From the human T2T-CHM13v2.0 reference genome, Homo sapiens: a stretch of 64,000 nucleotides of DNA. Position numbers and translations under genes: made by a program. Within the stretch, counting starts at the first letter, position 1. Every line of letters starts with the position of its first letter. The stretch lies in the NCBI RefSeq assembly GCF_009914755.1, contig NC_060938.1; one strand, given 5' to 3'. Below, piece by piece: positions 59,840-64,000 of the stretch. The notes beneath the pieces are model-generated. The model searched no databases and had not been told where the DNA came from. It saw only the letters and a list, made by a program, of their open reading frames with translations.

Positions 59840-61712
59840 CTTAGTGCCTCTCATCCATTCTGTTGAAACAGCTCTTGTCAGTGACCTCTATGTTGCTAAA
59901 TTCATTGATCTCAGATCACCACATACTTTGCCTCTCTGCAACATTTGTTTCAGTGGAAACACTTTCTTCACTGGTTTCCAGGACATGATTTGTCCTCCTC
60001 TTACCTCATTAGCCACAGCTCAGTCCCCTTGGCTGGCTTTGACTGTCACCTGATCTCTAAACATTGGCATACTGCAATCTTTGTCTTTGGGCCTCTTCTC
60101 CATGTAGGCTCACTCCTTAGTATGAATCTCAGGTTTTTGAATAGTGTCTAATGAATCCCAAGTTTCTGACTCCAGCCTGAATATTTTTCCTGAATTCTAG
60201 GCTTAAATATCAAACTACCTACTCAATGTTTGTATGTGGATGACTAATAGCCATCTAAACTTAACACACCCCATACCATTCTCTTGATTTCCATGGCCCC
60301 AAACTTGTTCCTTTGCTGGTTCTCCCAGTCTCAGCAAATGGCAGTGTAGTTTTCCCATTTGCTCAGGTCAAAATAAAAAACTTGGAGTCATCATTAACTC
60401 CCCGTGATCCATGAGCAGGAATGGTTGGATTTATCTCTAAAAGAAATCCATACATGCAATAAACCCATAATTAGGTATCTCACCATGTTCACTACAGCTA
60501 CCATCTGGTACAAGTTAATGGCATCTTTGTCTGGATCATCATAAGGGCCTCCTTACTGGTTTTTCTGCCCTAACTCTTGCTCCCTTAGAATTTATTGTTC
60601 ACTTGGTAGACGGAGTGATCCCTATAAAAACTTAAATCAATCATGCCACTCCTCTGCTCAAAGTCTTCCAATGGATTCTGGTTTCAGAATAAAAGCCAAA
60701 GATCTTATAAGATCTCAGGGGACCCTTGAGACCCCCAGTGATTTTGTCCTCACTTGTCTATGTGACCTCACCTCCTGCCTGTCCTGCCCAAGTCACACTG
60801 GCTTCTCAGTATAGCGTGACAAACTTGCTTCTGCCCAGGGCCTTTTTGCTATTCCCCTGCTTGAAATGCCATGCCTCCAAATAGCCACATGGCTCTCCCA
60901 GACCTCACTTCCTTCAGGTCTCTAATCAAATGTCTTATTAGACATTATTGACCAGCATATTTAAAATCGGTTTTCTTCCTCACCTTTGGAACTTTGTTTT
61001 TCCTTCATCCTGTCTTATGTTTCATACCACTTATTATCGTCTGATGTATTGTGTATTTACTTGTTTGTTTGTTACCTGTCTCTTCTCACTAGAATGCAAA
61101 CTCCACAAGAGCAGAGATTTTATTATTACTATTATTATTATTATTATTATTATACTTTAAGTTTTAGGGTACATGTGCACAATGTGCAGGTTAGATACAT
61201 ATGTATACATGTGCCATGCTGGTGTGCTGCACCCATTAACTCGTCATTTAGCATTAGGTATATCTCCTAATGCTATCCCTCCCCCCACTCCCCACCCCAC
61301 AACAGTCCCCAGAGTGTGATGTTCCCCTTCCTGTGTCCATGTGTTGTCATTGTTCAATTCCCACCTATGCGCGAGAACATGCGGTGTTTGGTTTTTTGTC
61401 CTTGCGATATTTACTGAGAATGATGATTTCCAATTTCATCCATGTCCCTACAAAGGACATGAACTCATCATTTTTTATGGCTGCATAGTATTCCATGGTG
61501 TATATGTGCCACATTTTCTTAATCCAGTCTATCATTGTTGGACATTTGGGTTGGTTCCAAGTCTTTGCTATTGTGAATAGTGCTGCAATAAACATACGTG
61601 TGCATGTGTCAGAGCAGAGATTTTATCTGCTTTGTTCACTCTTCACCCCAGAATTTTGGAGAGTACCTTCATTTTGTAGATGCTCAATTAGTATTTATTG
61701 AGTAAATGAAAG
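59840..61712 (+). mobile_element. L2 LINE interrupted by an L1 fragment
   Basis: CT-rich L2 motifs ending ctagaatgcaaactcc...gctcaattagtatttattgagtaaatgaa. Confidence 0.7.
61124..61610 (-). mobile_element. 5'-truncated young L1 (L1PA2/PA3-like) with (TAA)n tail
   Basis: Perfect 16-bp TSD AGAGCAGAGATTTTAT at 61108-61123 and 61611-61626. Confidence 0.93.
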
Positions 61713-63904
61713 AATGGTGGTTGAGAGTGCAGGTCCTGGAAAAAGATTCCCTGAGTTCAAATTCCAGATCTTCTCTTTAACAACTGTGTGATTTTGGGCA
61801 AGTTTCTTAACCTCTCTGTACCTTAGTTTCCTTACAGTAATTGAGGATAACAAGTACCTGCCTCATAGAATTGCTATGAAGACTAAGTTAATACATTTAA
61901 ATCTCAGATCAGTCCACAGCACATAGATTTGATAGATGTCAATCATCATCATCATCATCATCATCATATGAAATTATTAGCTGGGGTGTTAGAAATATAA
62001 GAAGAGACAGAATTTTAGAAATCTGGGAGAAGTGAGAGGATGCAGAACATACGGATGGGATTGGTGGAAGCTTTGTGTGGCAGATTGTATTTTTCAAAGA
62101 CAGCTGCAACAATATCTCAGTTTCACATGCTATTCTGGAAACTTTTCACTCCCCATCAAAAGGTAGAGTGTATGTACTTTCCCTTCAAGTCCAGATGGGT
62201 ATTTATGACTGCCTCAAGTGATGTAACTTCCAAGACTAGGTTATAAAAATGCCACACACTTCGAACTTGTTTTCTTGAAATGTTCACTTTTAGAACCACC
62301 CATCATGCTATGAGAAAGTCCAAACTAGCCCATGTAGACAGACTACATAGGGAGGCTATATGGGTGTTCCTGCTGACAGCCCAGCTGAGGTCCTTGCCAA
62401 CAGCCAGCATCAACTGCCAGATGTGTGTATGAAGATGCCTCTAGATGACTCTGGTCCTTGTTGAGTCACCCCCAGCCTTCAGGTATTCCCACATGAAGCA
62501 CCAGGCTTCATGGAGCATAGCCCAGGTGTCTCTGCTGTGCTCTGAAATTCCTGGACCAGGCAATCGATGAGAATAATCCTGTGGTTGTTTTATGGCACTA
62601 AATTATGGAGCAGTTTGCAGTACAGCAACAGCAATAGGGTACTCAGGTTCAACTGTCAAGAGACCAGTCAACAGTGTAGCAAATAGATAACAGGCAAGAA
62701 AAGCCACACAAAACCAGGTGTGAGAAGTGGTCCTATTTCATTGCTTGGTCACGGATTACTGAACAGGAGATTTGAAACCCTTAACGGCATATCTGATCAG
62801 CAGGGGTTTAATGGGAAGAAGATGATTGGAACATAATTCCAGAGTAAAAGAAAGATATATGAACAAGCAGATGAGGTTAAAGTGGTCCTGTATGTGAGGA
62901 AGGCATAAGTAATTTTAAAACAAAAATTTATAAAATATCTATGGGAGGAAATTACATTTTCATGTGAATCTGAAAATCACACTCACATATAATAAAACAT
63001 TTGCGATTTTATGATGCAATATACTCTTGGAGGTTGCTTGAGAAGGCAGATTGTCAGATGAATTAAACTTGTGTATTTATTGGCTTACTAGAACATATTT
63101 AGCATCCTTTTTTGGGAACCACTGAGTGAGTGAATGAGGTGGTAAAGTATACTTTTATTTTTCAAGATTGAATGGATAAAACAGTGAAACATGAGTGTAA
63201 AAAAGTGGAGGCACTCTTTTTTTCCTTTTTCTCTTAATATATATGTATTTTTTTTTCTTTTTCTTTTTCACACCTGGTGAACAGGAAGTAGTGGTTCTCT
63301 TTATTGTAGATCACCTGACTTGTCCCAAAGACTGAGTAAAAAATGAGATGATAGAAGCTGTTAATTGAATGCAAACAGTACTACTTGATGAAACAAATGG
63401 TGGAAAATGCCTTATTATGATGGAAATTAAAGGTGATGTTTTTAAGATCTGGGGATATAAAAATAGACTGGCATATAAACCAGGCCAGGTGTTAGCTATA
63501 ATTCTTTTAGCAATGGTGTTTATGCCCAGTTAAATTCAATATCCTCATGGGAGAAGGGAGATAACTGAGATAAAATAGGCAAATTAGTTAATGAAAAATT
63601 GAAAAATAGAATATGAAAAGGTAATAACCCATATGAGCCAGGTAAATTACAGACACAGTGGAAGTTCAAGAAATAACCATTTCTGGATCAATATTTTCAT
63701 GTACTTAATATTTTTTCCTTGGTGATTAATAGCATAATCAAAGAGGCTGTTATGGGTAAAAATATGTCTCTTAAAATATGGTAAAATTGACAAGGTGAGG
63801 AAAAAATGAGGTCACTGAAAAGTGTTAATTATAAATTAGGAAACCAAAAATTCTCACAGGGACTGAAAACCAACTTAAAAAAAAAAAAAACCAACATACC
63901 AAAC

Positions 63905-64000
63905 TTTTTTTTTTTTTTTTTTGAGACAGGGTCTCTGTTGCCTAGGCTGGAGTGCAGTGACAAGATCACAGCTCATTGCAACCTTGACCTCCTGGGCTCA
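63905..64000 (-). mobile_element. Partial AluJ-like element cut by the window end
   Basis: polyT followed by the reverse Alu right arm. Confidence 0.9.

Noticed and set aside
63877-63922. A14 / T18 inverted repeat
   Set aside because: Chance adjacency of an A run and an Alu tail.

Overview
Primate DNA, almost certainly human (an AluYa5 is present), recognisable as the chr14q11.2-q12 NYNRIN-CBLN3-KHNYN-SDR39U1 cluster. The window opens inside a NYNRIN intron. It contains the last 7 NYNRIN coding exons (+, 6607-16184), all of CBLN3 (-, 205 aa), KHNYN (+, 678 aa) and SDR39U1 (-, 293 aa). About 22 kb of transposon-dense DNA follows: a full-length HSMAR2 mariner with three nested insertions, a full-length degenerate L1PA, solo LTRs, L2, MIR and Alu. 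All coding exons were joined by hand at GT-AG junctions and stay in frame. The most interesting element is the adjacent paralogue pair. KHNYN (diKH, NYN nuclease, CUBAN) keeps all NYN catalytic Asp residues. Its duplicate NYNRIN has a degenerate NYN site, an apparent CUBAN-like relic, and a captured retroelement Pol (RT thumb/connection, RNase H, integrase) with catalytic residues replaced but structural motifs kept. The genes themselves are known. The CUBAN-relic/Pol junction, the pseudo-enzyme or decoy reading, and several small structural oddities are offered as hypotheses. Repeat family names come from remembered consensus sequences and were not checked by a search.
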